From positions 1 to 64,000 of the forward strand of contig CAVXDX010000013.1 in the NCBI GenBank assembly GCA_963760615.1: a stretch of 64,000 nt of DNA, given 5' to 3'. Under the pieces are notes generated by a model that was not told the DNA's origin, made no database searches, and worked only from the letters and a program-made list of their open reading frames with translations. Shown one piece after another: positions 28,543 through 37,615 of this stretch. The position numbers were made by a program, and so were the translations under genes. Position 1 is the first letter of the stretch; the number at the start of each line of letters is the position of its first letter. Source of the stretch: an uncultured Candidatus Micrarchaeota archaeon (GTDB taxonomy: Archaea; Micrarchaeota; Micrarchaeia; Burarchaeales; Fermentimicrarchaeaceae).

Positions 28543-29412
28543 TCAATCCACCTGCGGCCTCCTGCTCTTTACAAAGCTTATGAAGAAAAGCTGGAATACC
28601 AGGAGGAATAGGAAGACTGCTGGAAAGACTGTTATAGGTACGAGCACATTCATGAACGACATTATTATTATCATCATAGTTATCCCAAGTGAAGGCAGCA
28701 CAACAGCAAGCACCATGTATATCATCACCCATGGGTTGAGCTCCTGCCCGTACCTCTGTATCTCAGCTACCCTCTCGTTTGTGAGTTCGTTTATCATCTC
28801 CTCAATGGCGCTCCCCACATCGGAGCCAACCTTCAGTGCGTTGGATATCTGCCATAGCACTCTTCGGAAACGGAATGAGGGGTTCCTCTTGCTCGCCTCA
28901 CTGAGCACATCAGCCTGTGCCACTCCCGCGTTCATCTGCTCAACCATCTTGGCGAACTCCCTTGAAACTGGCCCGTACCCAGTGCTGACGCTTGTCATTG
29001 CCTGGAAGAGCGGCACTCCTGACTTGATGTTTATCAGGAGCTGCCTCAGGGCCGGTATGAGGTTGGCTTCAAGCTTCCTTGTTCTTCTTCTCGCCACCAC
29101 TGCGGGGTAGAATAGTATCGTTAGGAATGAGGCAACCCAGACAAGAAGACCGGCGAAAACCCCAAGCAGCACTATCTGTCTTTTAGTGGCAAAACCTGCA
29201 ACTATTACAAGCACTGCTATGAAAATAAAGTTGAAAGTCGCTGAGATGAATGATACGGCAGCATACCTTCTTGGGGGCATGTCCACATCTGCCTGCATGA
29301 GCTCCAGCCTCAGGTTCGGAAGCAGTGACGATATGAACTCCCCTAGCCCCTCCGCATGCTTTGAGAGGCTCAGCAGCGCATTTGGCGGAAGAAGGCTCAG
29401 CGGTATCCTCAT
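28543..29412 (-). CDS. Type II/IV secretion system F-family protein (TadB-like)
   Basis: LEANLIPALRQLLINIKSGVPLFQAM, YGQELNP, TMs. Confidence 0.88.
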   Translation of the reverse strand: MRIPLSLLPPNALLSLSKHAEGLGEFISSLLPNLRLELMQADVDMPPRRYAAVSFISATFNFIFIAVLVIVAGFATKRQIVLLGVFAGLLVWVASFLTILFYPAVVARRRTRKLEANLIPALRQLLINIKSGVPLFQAMTSVSTGYGPVSREFAKMVEQMNAGVAQADVLSEASKRNPSFRFRRVLWQISNALKVGSDVGSAIEEMINELTNERVAEIQRYGQELNPWVMIYMVLAVVLPSLGITMMIIIMSFMNVLVPITVFPAVFLFLLVFQLFFISFVKSRRPQVD

Positions 29413-30923
29413 CCGACCACTCCTATTTTTATAACCTTCGACGGCTCTGTATTCTTCTTAACCATGTCCATCAGCCTTTCCTTGTCCCTGTAAAAGGCAG
29501 CAACAACCCTGCCAACGTCATTTACATCGTATATCTTGTTCTTGAGCATATAGTTGAGCACCTTTTTCCTCTCATCCAAATCTGCATTTATCTCCTTGTT
29601 GTTCATCCCTGCGAAAAGGCTGAGCTCGTCCATTATTCTGACATAATCGCCAACTTTTTCAATGGTGTCAGTCCTCGCATTCCATGCAAATATCCTGTTG
29701 ATGAACGTTTTGTTCTCCTGCGGAACAACCTCTGCAACCTCAAAAGTCCTCCTTATGCCTGTTCTTCTCTGCCTGTACTGCACAACAATGAGGTGCAGCG
29801 CACCAAGCATGCTCTCCGGCAGGCATATAGGCGGGGTTGTCAGTCTGTTCTTTGTCTGTCTGGCATCATCCGCATGGATGGTTGCGTAAACTGCATGGCC
29901 CGTGTGCATGGCCTCAAACAAAACTTCAGCCTCGTTCTGCCTCCTCATCTCTCCCAGGACAATTCTGTCAGGCCTCATTCTCAGGGAGTTCACCATAAGG
30001 TCAAGCATTGTAACCTCTCCCTTCCCCTCGGGGTTTGGCAGTCTTGTTGTCAAGGGAGTCCAGTGCAGGAACTCGGGGAGGTACAGCTCCCTTGTGTCCT
30101 CTATGGATATCACTCTCTGGTTGGGAGGGGTGAAAACAAGTATTGCATTCAGGAATGAAGTCTTGCCGCTTGCAGTGCCTCCGCTTATCAGAGTGTTCAT
30201 CTCATACTGCACACACATCCAGAGCAGGGCTGCCACATCTATATTCAGCGTTTTTAACGACGGGTCCAGCATGTGGATGATGGTCCACGGGTTCTTTGCA
30301 AACTTTCTTATTGTTATGCAGTTTCCTTTCGTGGATATGGGGAACACTACTGCGTTAACCCTGTCCCCAGTACCAAGATGCGCATCCATGAGCGGGTTGA
30401 GGTTGGTTATCTGCCTGCCGACCCTCCTTGCTATTATTGATGCATAGTTGGCTATCTGCTCCTCGCTCTTCATGGCGAGGTTTGTCTTGAGCCAGCCGAA
30501 CCTCTTGTGGTACACCCACACAGGCTCTTTTGATGAGTTTACAACAATCTCCTCAAGCTCATTGTCCGCGAGCAGCAGCTCCAGCTCCCCAAGCCCGAGC
30601 ATATCCTGTATGAGCTTCCCTATCAGCACCTCCTTATCCTTGGGACTCGCGTCCGTTATCTCCTTATCCACAAACTCCTGCGCCTTCTCCTTGAATTTTT
30701 TCTTTATGTTCTCAACTTCATTGGGGTCAAGGATTTCCGAAACCTTTATCTCCACATTGCCAATCACCATCTCCTTCAGATGCTGGAGCATGAGCTCGGT
30801 TGCTTTGCTGACCTTTATCTGCTTGATCTCATAGGTATTGACATACTCATCAAAACTCTCGCTTATTGTCACCTCAGCAGGAACCTTCTCGCTTGTTACC
30901 GTATACTTATCCAGAATTTTCAT
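29409..30923 (-). CDS. Type II/IV secretion ATPase (TadA/CpaF/VirB11 family)
   Basis: GGTASGKTS Walker A, SIEDTREL, LRMRPDRIVLGEMR, AMHTGH, TIHA. Confidence 0.93.
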   Translation of the reverse strand: MKILDKYTVTSEKVPAEVTISESFDEYVNTYEIKQIKVSKATELMLQHLKEMVIGNVEIKVSEILDPNEVENIKKKFKEKAQEFVDKEITDASPKDKEVLIGKLIQDMLGLGELELLLADNELEEIVVNSSKEPVWVYHKRFGWLKTNLAMKSEEQIANYASIIARRVGRQITNLNPLMDAHLGTGDRVNAVVFPISTKGNCITIRKFAKNPWTIIHMLDPSLKTLNIDVAALLWMCVQYEMNTLISGGTASGKTSFLNAILVFTPPNQRVISIEDTRELYLPEFLHWTPLTTRLPNPEGKGEVTMLDLMVNSLRMRPDRIVLGEMRRQNEAEVLFEAMHTGHAVYATIHADDARQTKNRLTTPPICLPESMLGALHLIVVQYRQRRTGIRRTFEVAEVVPQENKTFINRIFAWNARTDTIEKVGDYVRIMDELSLFAGMNNKEINADLDERKKVLNYMLKNKIYDVNDVGRVVAAFYRDKERLMDMVKKNTEPSKVIKIGVVG

Positions 30924-30924
30924 A

Positions 30925-31665
30925 TTACCCCCTCTTGAACGTGTTTTTTAACCTAGTGAAAAACATGGATATGGGATGGTACCAAGGCTTGCGCGGGCCG
31001 AGCCTCTCCTGCTCCGCCTTAATTGTTTCAACCTCCAACTTCTTCACCTTTTCGTGGAATTTCTTGACGTTCTCCCTCAAGTCCTTGATATCCTTCCTGA
31101 AATGCTTCGTGACAACCCTCAGTTCCCTGGCTTCCCTGAGGAGGTATTCCATGTCTGCAATGGAAACATCGCGCACTTTTCCTTCCAGCTCATTCACTAT
31201 GCTCTCATCCTTGTCCAATCTTTTTCTTATATTCTGCTCAACAAATTCGAAACTCTTATGCGAGTCCCTCAAATCCTTATCCAGAGCAACCATCATGCTC
31301 GCCATCTGGCTTCGCTCCTTTTTCTCCTCCACCTTCGCCTTCTCTTTCGGGAGCTCTTTTGCAATGAGGAATGTCCCCAGCAGGGTGTAGTTAACGTCCA
31401 TCATTCCGCTCTCTTTCAGAACCTCGGCCAGCTCTTCAACCTGGTCCTTCTCAAGAGCCATAGCATTTGCAGCTTCCTTCACATCGACCTTGCCCTTCTT
31501 CTGCACGTACTCAACAAGCCTGTCTATAACAGTCTCAACCCTCTCTGAAACCTCCTTTTCCTCGGCATTCTCTGGTATTTCTTTTAATTTTTTTTCAGCT
31601 GTTTTCTCCGGAACTCCTCTTACCCCAGCAGGCTCGGTTTTCTCCTTCAGCTTTTTCTCCGCCAT
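30925..31665 (-). CDS. Pilus-locus cytoplasmic protein with wHTH-like segment and coiled coil
   Basis: ETVIDRLVEYVQKKGKVDVKEAA...LKESGMMDVNY followed by a charged coiled coil. Directly upstream of the ATPase. Confidence 0.65.
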   Translation of the reverse strand: MAEKKLKEKTEPAGVRGVPEKTAEKKLKEIPENAEEKEVSERVETVIDRLVEYVQKKGKVDVKEAANAMALEKDQVEELAEVLKESGMMDVNYTLLGTFLIAKELPKEKAKVEEKKERSQMASMMVALDKDLRDSHKSFEFVEQNIRKRLDKDESIVNELEGKVRDVSIADMEYLLREARELRVVTKHFRKDIKDLRENVKKFHEKVKKLEVETIKAEQERLGPRKPWYHPISMFFTRLKNTFKRG

Positions 31666-31774
31666 AAACATCACATTACAATGCTTCTTTGGCATATCTG
31701 CTTTATATCTCTAACTTTGCTAAAGCTGGCATAAAAAAGCATCGGTTTCTGCGAGTATACCGCTAAAGTCCATA

Positions 31775-32206
31775 TCAGCACCCAACAATGCTTCTGTTGT
31801 TTATGACAACCCTATCCTGCGTGTTATTTATGTAAAAATCCCCGCCGCATAGGCTGAAAGGGGCTAGCTGGCTCCTGAAGCTTATGTTCGTCACTGCTAT
31901 CCCGTATATGCAGCTATGTCCGTTGTAATCCACCATTACGCTGCCATTTGTTATGCTCAGGTTGTAGCTCGAGCCATCTATTGTCGCAGGAAGGCTGAAC
32001 TCGGCATAATATCCTTTGGCATACATCGCAGTGTTTATGAGGTTGGATATCTGCCAGCATATCTTTTCAGATTCCAGCTTTGACTTGACATTGGACTCCT
32101 CGGTCTGCTTGCTTCCAGAGTATATCGTTAAAACTATCAGAATGGTAATCAAAAAAATTACGCAGATTATAAACTCAATTCCCGCCTGCGCTCTCCCAGC
32201 CCTCAT
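31775..32206 (-). CDS. Class III signal peptide (minor pilin-like) protein
   Basis: RAQAGIEFII plus a hydrophobic helix. Confidence 0.8.
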   Translation of the reverse strand: MRAGRAQAGIEFIICVIFLITILIVLTIYSGSKQTEESNVKSKLESEKICWQISNLINTAMYAKGYYAEFSLPATIDGSSYNLSITNGSVMVDYNGHSCIYGIAVTNISFRSQLAPFSLCGGDFYINNTQDRVVINNRSIVGC

Positions 32207-32622
32207 GAAGTGGCCTCCATTATAGTGACATAACCACTTTCGTTCATCCCGACAACTAGAACATGCCTGCCCGGCACAGTCGGCATTGTGCCAGTGAGGT
32301 TCCCTCGTGCAATTGCATACACATCAGTAGTATCGCCAGTTGGCAGGTTCAGGTTTATGTCTACCTCATGATTGGTGAAGCTGGCATAGTTTATTCCCGC
32401 AGGCAGATACACCTCTACAGTGGTTATCGTGCCGGCTCCCTGGGCATAAACTCTATCCGCGGTGTCTGCTATGGAATCAACCGCCACTCTTGCCTGTGAG
32501 GTCTGGCCCTGTATCTGTATATCCATTATCCCTATGTACATGACGGGAATGAGTATGATGAGAAATAGCACAAGGATTGCCATGTACTCAATCCCAACCT
32601 GCCCCCTCTGATTTTTTAGCAT
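32203..32622 (-). CDS. Class III signal peptide (minor pilin-like) protein
   Basis: QRGQVGIEYMAIL plus hydrophobic helix; ADRVYAQGAG. Confidence 0.8.
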   Translation of the reverse strand: MLKNQRGQVGIEYMAILVLFLIILIPVMYIGIMDIQIQGQTSQARVAVDSIADTADRVYAQGAGTITTVEVYLPAGINYASFTNHEVDINLNLPTGDTTDVYAIARGNLTGTMPTVPGRHVLVVGMNESGYVTIMEATS

Positions 32623-32721
32623 AAATATAGATAAACTGCCCACCACTTAAAAATATATCTGAATGCAGCTCTAACCATGACTGCCAAAAAGTAAAATAAG
32701 TCGAACCGGTATCCAGCCAGT

Positions 32722-32976
32722 TCACTCGCTCAGAAGATAAACTGCATCTCCTTCCTTTACCCTGGAATCAACCTTGAGGCCTATTGATTGACCTCGGCCT
32801 GCCCTGGCAACAGTTTCCTTGTTTATCTGCATGGATTCCACGAGCTGTTCTACAACTCCTCCAGGTCCCTCTATCGATATCCTGTCCCCGTCTCTCAGCT
32901 CGTCGTCCAGGTCAACTACAGCTACGTTTATCTTGCTGAAGAAATGCATAATCTTTCCCACGAGTTTCTTTCCCAT
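32722..32976 (-). CDS. Translation elongation factor domain-II-like small protein
   Basis: VGKIMHFFSKINVAVVDL...GDRISIEG...VESMQI...GQSIGLKV...VKEGDAVY. Confidence 0.75.
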   Translation of the reverse strand: MGKKLVGKIMHFFSKINVAVVDLDDELRDGDRISIEGPGGVVEQLVESMQINKETVARAGRGQSIGLKVDSRVKEGDAVYLLSE

Positions 32977-33084
32977 AAAGTCCACCATTTATCAATTAGC
33001 CCAATCCAGTATAAAAACATTCCCATGAAGGGGCAACAGCAAAGTTTAAATTCTCGAAGGCATAAAAGACTTAAGGGTGGTTGA

Positions 33085-33525
33085 ATGTTCTGGGTACTCT
33101 GGCTAAGTCTGGTTATGATATTCATATCCTCCATTATGGGGGTATACTCTTGGAATGGAATACTGCTTGAGCTCGTCAAGATAAAAACTGCAAAGAAACT
33201 GTGGCTGCTATCCGCGGTTTTGGTTTTAATCGGCTTGCTCCTCTTCATCTGGAGCATAGCGACTATTGCGAATACTCCTGCCCTTATAAGTAAATTTTCA
33301 AACTTCTACCAAACCTCCCCGCCGGTTTGGGTTTGGACCGCAGTCTTCCTTCTCCTACTCGGCGGGTTCATAATAGGAGTACCGACTCAGCTCTATCAGC
33401 TCAAGCTCGCAAAGCTATCGAGAGATATGAGGAAGAATCTATTCTACCTCGGTATGCTGCTCCTGGTGCTGAGTATTCTAATCCTGATATGGCTCCTAGT
33501 GCCAGGGAACCAGCTGCCGGCCTGA
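33085..33525 (+). CDS. Hypothetical four-TM membrane protein
   Basis: Four hydrophobic segments with an apparent internal two-fold similarity. Confidence 0.6.
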   Translation: MFWVLWLSLVMIFISSIMGVYSWNGILLELVKIKTAKKLWLLSAVLVLIGLLLFIWSIATIANTPALISKFSNFYQTSPPVWVWTAVFLLLLGGFIIGVPTQLYQLKLAKLSRDMRKNLFYLGMLLLVLSILILIWLLVPGNQLPA

Positions 33526-33527
33526 TT

Positions 33528-33932
33528 CTACATTTTATTTTTCAGCTCCCTCAATGCTTCGTATAGCTCAAGGGAGGTTATAACCTCACCGTCAGAAGGT
33601 TTAAATCTGTCCAAATCTACAAGCAGATGTTTGCCAAGCGGTTTTATCACGGCGCTGTTCACTCCTTCCATCACTCTCTTCTCCTTCCTTCCGATTGCCT
33701 TAATCTTCCTTTCGATATCTTTTGCAGGATTCTTTTTCCCAGCGCAGACGTACTTCCATACTCCGCTTTTCCCCCCGCTCCTGTACCAGTATTCTCCTGA
33801 GCCAACCTTCTTCTTGTGGAATCTTGATGCTTCCTTCTCCAGCATCTTCCTCTCAGCCTCCAGTACCGAAACCAGTCTACCCAGCTCTGCTCTCAGCTTC
33901 TCATTTCCATTGATCCATATAGCTAGGTCCAC
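33528..33932 (-). CDS. Hypothetical basic protein
   Basis: 134-aa ORF. GEYWYRSGGKSGVWKYVCAG resembles small nucleic-acid-binding modules. Confidence 0.55.
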   Translation of the reverse strand: MDLAIWINGNEKLRAELGRLVSVLEAERKMLEKEASRFHKKKVGSGEYWYRSGGKSGVWKYVCAGKKNPAKDIERKIKAIGRKEKRVMEGVNSAVIKPLGKHLLVDLDRFKPSDGEVITSLELYEALRELKNKM

Positions 33933-33995
33933 TAGTCATACTTATCCATTATTATTTATATACTTAACTATAATGGATATCTCTCACTTCTAGAA

Positions 33996-34601
33996 TCAGA
34001 TTTGATAGTTGTTATCGCAGATTGTTCTTATCAGATTCCCCAGCGCTTCATCCTTCTCCATTATTATTGCCATGTATATGTGGAAAGACCTAGCCCTTAT
34101 GCTCAAATCGTGAAGGAATTTACCAAGTGATGTGGGGTCGTTGTACAGTCCGAGTGATGCCAGTCCGTCAACTAAGAGGAAGTTTTTGCCTCCCTTTGAA
34201 GCAGTAATCAATCTCTTCGCAACTTCGTATATCTCTATCTGCAGGAAGCTCAGGTCCGAGATATCCCTCACGAACCAAACATTCCTCTCAGGCTTGTCCG
34301 TATCAAGGAAGAAAGCCTCAGAAGGAGTGTGGAGGAGCGGGCTGCATGCATCAACGTAGTACAGCTCATCCGGGTTCATACCGTTTGCGCTCAACAGTTT
34401 TGCATAGTACGTGTGCGGTCTGTTTATGCAGGTTATTATCCCCTTCATTCCCTTGTCCTGTATGAAGAATTTGAAGAGCGCAAGGTCGAGCTTTGGCAGG
34501 TCAGCCTGAGTGGTTATGGAAACAGTCTCCTCTAGCTCGCTCTTCATGAGCTTCTCCTTCAGGATGTTGTACAGCTCCTCTGTCTCCGCCATTGTTACCA
34601 C
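33996..34601 (-). CDS. Walker-A-less KaiC/RecA-fold protein (DUF835/DUF7504-like)
   Basis: GIITCINRP, YYVDACS, FLLVDGLASLGLYND...KFLHDL, TICD. No P-loop. Confidence 0.65.
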   Translation of the reverse strand: MVTMAETEELYNILKEKLMKSELEETVSITTQADLPKLDLALFKFFIQDKGMKGIITCINRPHTYYAKLLSANGMNPDELYYVDACSPLLHTPSEAFFLDTDKPERNVWFVRDISDLSFLQIEIYEVAKRLITASKGGKNFLLVDGLASLGLYNDPTSLGKFLHDLSIRARSFHIYMAIIMEKDEALGNLIRTICDNNYQI

Positions 34602-34602
34602 A

Positions 34603-35313
34603 TCACCTGCTCCTCACGCTGTAGTATGTTAATGAAGTTATAAATATCGTCGAGAAACTTCCAAGGCTAGGTATCTCAAATCCGATTGGGAAAAGACCCA
34701 GCGGCACAAGGAATTCAGTTATGAAAGTGACTATGGCAGTTATAGACGCGCCAATCAACAGGTACCGTATCCTCTTTTTCACCATCTCATTATCGCATGT
34801 TCTGTAGAAGCTTATCAAGCGGTATATCACATAGGAGGTGAAGACCACAAGGTAAACCGTGAAGTAAACATAAGCGTTGTAGATGCTTGCCGGCATAGCT
34901 GGCGTCATGTAAACATCAAAGCCATTCCTTATTTCCACTGGTCTGTTAACAAGCAGTCCAGTCAAATCCAGAGCAATGAATATGAGAGAGCCAAGCACCA
35001 TGATGGCAAGCTGTTTTTTTGAAGGGGTCTTGTTCTCAAGAGCCAATACAAATGCAAATGCAATTGCAGGTATACAGGGTGTTGCTATATTCGTGAACTT
35101 CAGCATGAGCATTGCAGAGCTCTTTGTTTGGGTGAGCCTCATTCCGAAGTCCCCGATGCTCCACCAGCAGAAAGCCAGCATGAGAAGCGTGAATAGCCTG
35201 TTGACAAATATCCTCTTCCTTCGGAATATGAACACCCCGAAGGAGAGATTGACTATGAATGCAAGGAGAGGCAGAGCTGCCAGCACTATCTGCCAATAGA
35301 CTATCTCTGCCAT
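34603..35313 (-). CDS. Stand-alone 7TM sensor domain (HisKA_7TM-like) without kinase
   Basis: Seven hydrophobic segments; VNRLFTLLMLAFCWWSIGD, KKRIRYLLIG, PSLGSFST..LTYYSV. No H-box or HATPase. Confidence 0.7.
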   Translation of the reverse strand: MAEIVYWQIVLAALPLLAFIVNLSFGVFIFRRKRIFVNRLFTLLMLAFCWWSIGDFGMRLTQTKSSAMLMLKFTNIATPCIPAIAFAFVLALENKTPSKKQLAIMVLGSLIFIALDLTGLLVNRPVEIRNGFDVYMTPAMPASIYNAYVYFTVYLVVFTSYVIYRLISFYRTCDNEMVKKRIRYLLIGASITAIVTFITEFLVPLGLFPIGFEIPSLGSFSTIFITSLTYYSVRSR

Positions 35314-35405
35314 ATAATCATTTTTAGTTTAATTAGCGCACTATTTATAGATTTCTGCTTGGAGCCATAGATATTTTTTTAAACCCCCCATTCCAAAAGC
35401 ACATC

Positions 35406-36533
35406 ATGAGAAACTATCTCGTCGTAATCATCATTGCATCACTCATTCTGTTCGGATGCTACTCTACGCCCATTACAGGTGGGGAAGCACCAGTTATAAC
35501 AACCTCAAAGAATTTCACAATGAAGGAAGGCTGGAAGGACAGCTTCAGGCTCGTCGAATCAAGTTCGACAACCACCCACACAATACTCGTGAGCAAGGTG
35601 GAGCCCAAGGCAGCAATGCTGAAAATTGATTCGCTCTCTCTTCTCATGCAGCTGGGTGACGCTCGCTCCATCTCACTTGGGGAAAAAACAGTTGTGGTCA
35701 CGCTGGATTCTATAGCAGATGGATACGCGAGGTTCAGCATATCGCTGTCCCCGCAGGGACAACAGGGTGGAACACAGCAAGGCGGAACGCAGGGGCAGCA
35801 GAATGGAACGCAGCCAACTTTAAAGCAGAATGGTGCCACGTGCATTTCTAATGCCGAGTGCCAATCCAACCACTGCAGTAACAGCTACTGCTGTGCCTTA
35901 GGTTCATGTTGCCTATCAGACTCAAACTGCTCTGCCGGAGGAAAGTGCAACACAACAACATATTCCTGCTTCTCTCTTGCTCTACATTATAATGGAGACT
36001 CTTGCAACTCCAACTCAGACTGTCAATCCAACCACTGCAACAACGGCCACTGCTGCAACTCAGGCAAGTGCTGTCTCTCCAGCTCAAACTGCGCATCTGG
36101 AGAGATTTGCAATATAACTACTTCCTCATGCGTTTCAACCGGGCCAACTTACACTCCGCTTGATGCTGAGAGGAAGGCAAACTCAACATCGGCTGGTGCC
36201 CTGATTAGCAATTTCTCCGAAATATTCAACACTGCAGCGCAGTGCTCGAGCGCCTCAGCTGCATACAAATTATGCATTCCCCAGGTAGTTACACAAGAGG
36301 ACCAAAATTCGCCCTCGAACTTCACTGTGACGTACTCCTACTCATTCAACGACGCATCCTGCTGCCCAACCCTGCCCATCCTTGCCATAAGTGTTGACCT
36401 TAGCACAAACTTGACTGGTGCGAACTGGCTCGATACAACGCAAACTTCAAGTCTAGCCTATTCAATGCGCTCAGCCCTTAATTCTGACTGCGCGCAGGCA
36501 GTCCGGAATATGATAGCATGCAAGATTTCATAG
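35406..36533 (+). CDS. Cys-rich lipoprotein-like surface protein
   Basis: LILFGC lipobox-like motif, QQGGTQQGGTQGQQNGTQ linker, two ~52-aa Cys repeats (CQSNHC...CC...CC...C). Confidence 0.75.
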   Translation: MRNYLVVIIIASLILFGCYSTPITGGEAPVITTSKNFTMKEGWKDSFRLVESSSTTTHTILVSKVEPKAAMLKIDSLSLLMQLGDARSISLGEKTVVVTLDSIADGYARFSISLSPQGQQGGTQQGGTQGQQNGTQPTLKQNGATCISNAECQSNHCSNSYCCALGSCCLSDSNCSAGGKCNTTTYSCFSLALHYNGDSCNSNSDCQSNHCNNGHCCNSGKCCLSSSNCASGEICNITTSSCVSTGPTYTPLDAERKANSTSAGALISNFSEIFNTAAQCSSASAAYKLCIPQVVTQEDQNSPSNFTVTYSYSFNDASCCPTLPILAISVDLSTNLTGANWLDTTQTSSLAYSMRSALNSDCAQAVRNMIACKIS

Positions 36534-36546
36534 CGCGCAAGCAGGC

Positions 36547-36789
36547 TCATATGCTTTTTATACCTGCATAAGCGTCATCCTTCTCTTCTTGCAACAGCCT
36601 CTCAACCCTCATTATCACCTTATCATTCTTGAACTCAAATCCAAGGGAGAAGTGCTTGCCGTCAAATATCTCCGAAATATTTTTATATAACATATCCCCA
36701 ATCTCCATATTAATCAACTCCGTTTTGAGGAGCTCGGGTCATCGGCGATCAAACTGGTCCGAGCTTCCTCCTATTTTTTACTTGAGCAT
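36547..36789 (-). pseudogene. Small ORF (53 aa from ATG 36708), possibly the remnant of a gene translationally coupled to 36789..37391
   Basis: TGATG stop/start overlap at 36787-36791 but an immediate stop (MLK*). The downstream frame reads ELLKTELINMEIGDMLYKNISEIFDGKHFSLGFEFK... Confidence 0.4.
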
Positions 36790-37391
36790 CACCTGTTAAT
36801 TGAGTAATATCGTATATAGCTTGGTCCCTCACCTTGTGGATATGATTTCTCACTCATCACAACTGCCCCCTCTCTTTTCAATTGCTCGCAAGCTAAATGG
36901 ATCTTATCATACCATTCCCGCCTATCTTTTTTACTCATTACATTCAAGTCCATACCTGCAAAAATTCCGAGAATTGAGAGTTGCTTGTCAGACTGTGCCA
37001 GCACATCCAAAATCATTTTCCTGAGATTCTTTGAAACATCAACACATCTTCCTCCATCTTCCCTACATATTACTTCGATTGGTATATTCACTCTGTCTTT
37101 TCTTTTCTCTATCTGCTTTGCTGTTGCAAGTCTTTTACAATCGAAAATAATTTTTGTAGGTTTTAGATGCAGTCCCTTTGTCATATTTTTAAAAGTCTGG
37201 CTCCCGAACCCGGAGTTTTCAACTTCAATGAATATCTTCTCTTCTCCTCTCTCCAAAACACAGTCAATAGAATCAGTTGTTTTGTCATCCACTTTAAATT
37301 CTTTTGTGCACTTGTAACCCAGTGCGATGCCTTTCTCGTACCAGTCCTGCACAATTGCTGTGTGCTCGTCGCTCATCAGTTTCAACTCCAT
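36789..37391 (-). CDS. PD-(D/E)xK nuclease-like domain fused to C-terminal winged HTH
   Basis: GYKCTKEF...SIDCVL...IFIEVENS (E-D-ExE pattern). C-terminal LRKMILDVL...IHLACEQLKREGAV. AT-rich. Confidence 0.55.
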   Translation of the reverse strand: MELKLMSDEHTAIVQDWYEKGIALGYKCTKEFKVDDKTTDSIDCVLERGEEKIFIEVENSGFGSQTFKNMTKGLHLKPTKIIFDCKRLATAKQIEKRKDRVNIPIEVICREDGGRCVDVSKNLRKMILDVLAQSDKQLSILGIFAGMDLNVMSKKDRREWYDKIHLACEQLKREGAVVMSEKSYPQGEGPSYIRYYSINR

Positions 37392-37615
37392 ACCTACACA
37401 TCTAGCAACACATTGCCTACATGTAGGGTTATAGAGGTGCTTATATATAAAGTTTTCGTTTTGTGTGTATCTAATGTGTAGTCTTTTATGTAGTAGTTCA
37501 GGTCCGTGTGTAAGTTTTCCATTATATCATACAATTTACAATACACAGTACCTATTTAATCGAAGGCAAACATTTATAAATTTCCATACACATATACCTA
37601 CACGTGTGATACACA
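37392..37615. promoter_or_regulatory. Divergent promoter region with phased TACACA repeat arrays
   Basis: TATA boxes ttatatataa (37441) and tttataaa (37573). TACACA at 37395, 37542, 37587 and 37610; TGTGTA at 37464, 37475 and 37507; palindrome cctacatgtagg 37416-37427. Confidence 0.7.

Noticed and set aside
35750-35815. QQGGTQ coding repeat as a contingency locus
   Set aside because: Only two to three imperfect in-frame units; an ordinary low-complexity linker.
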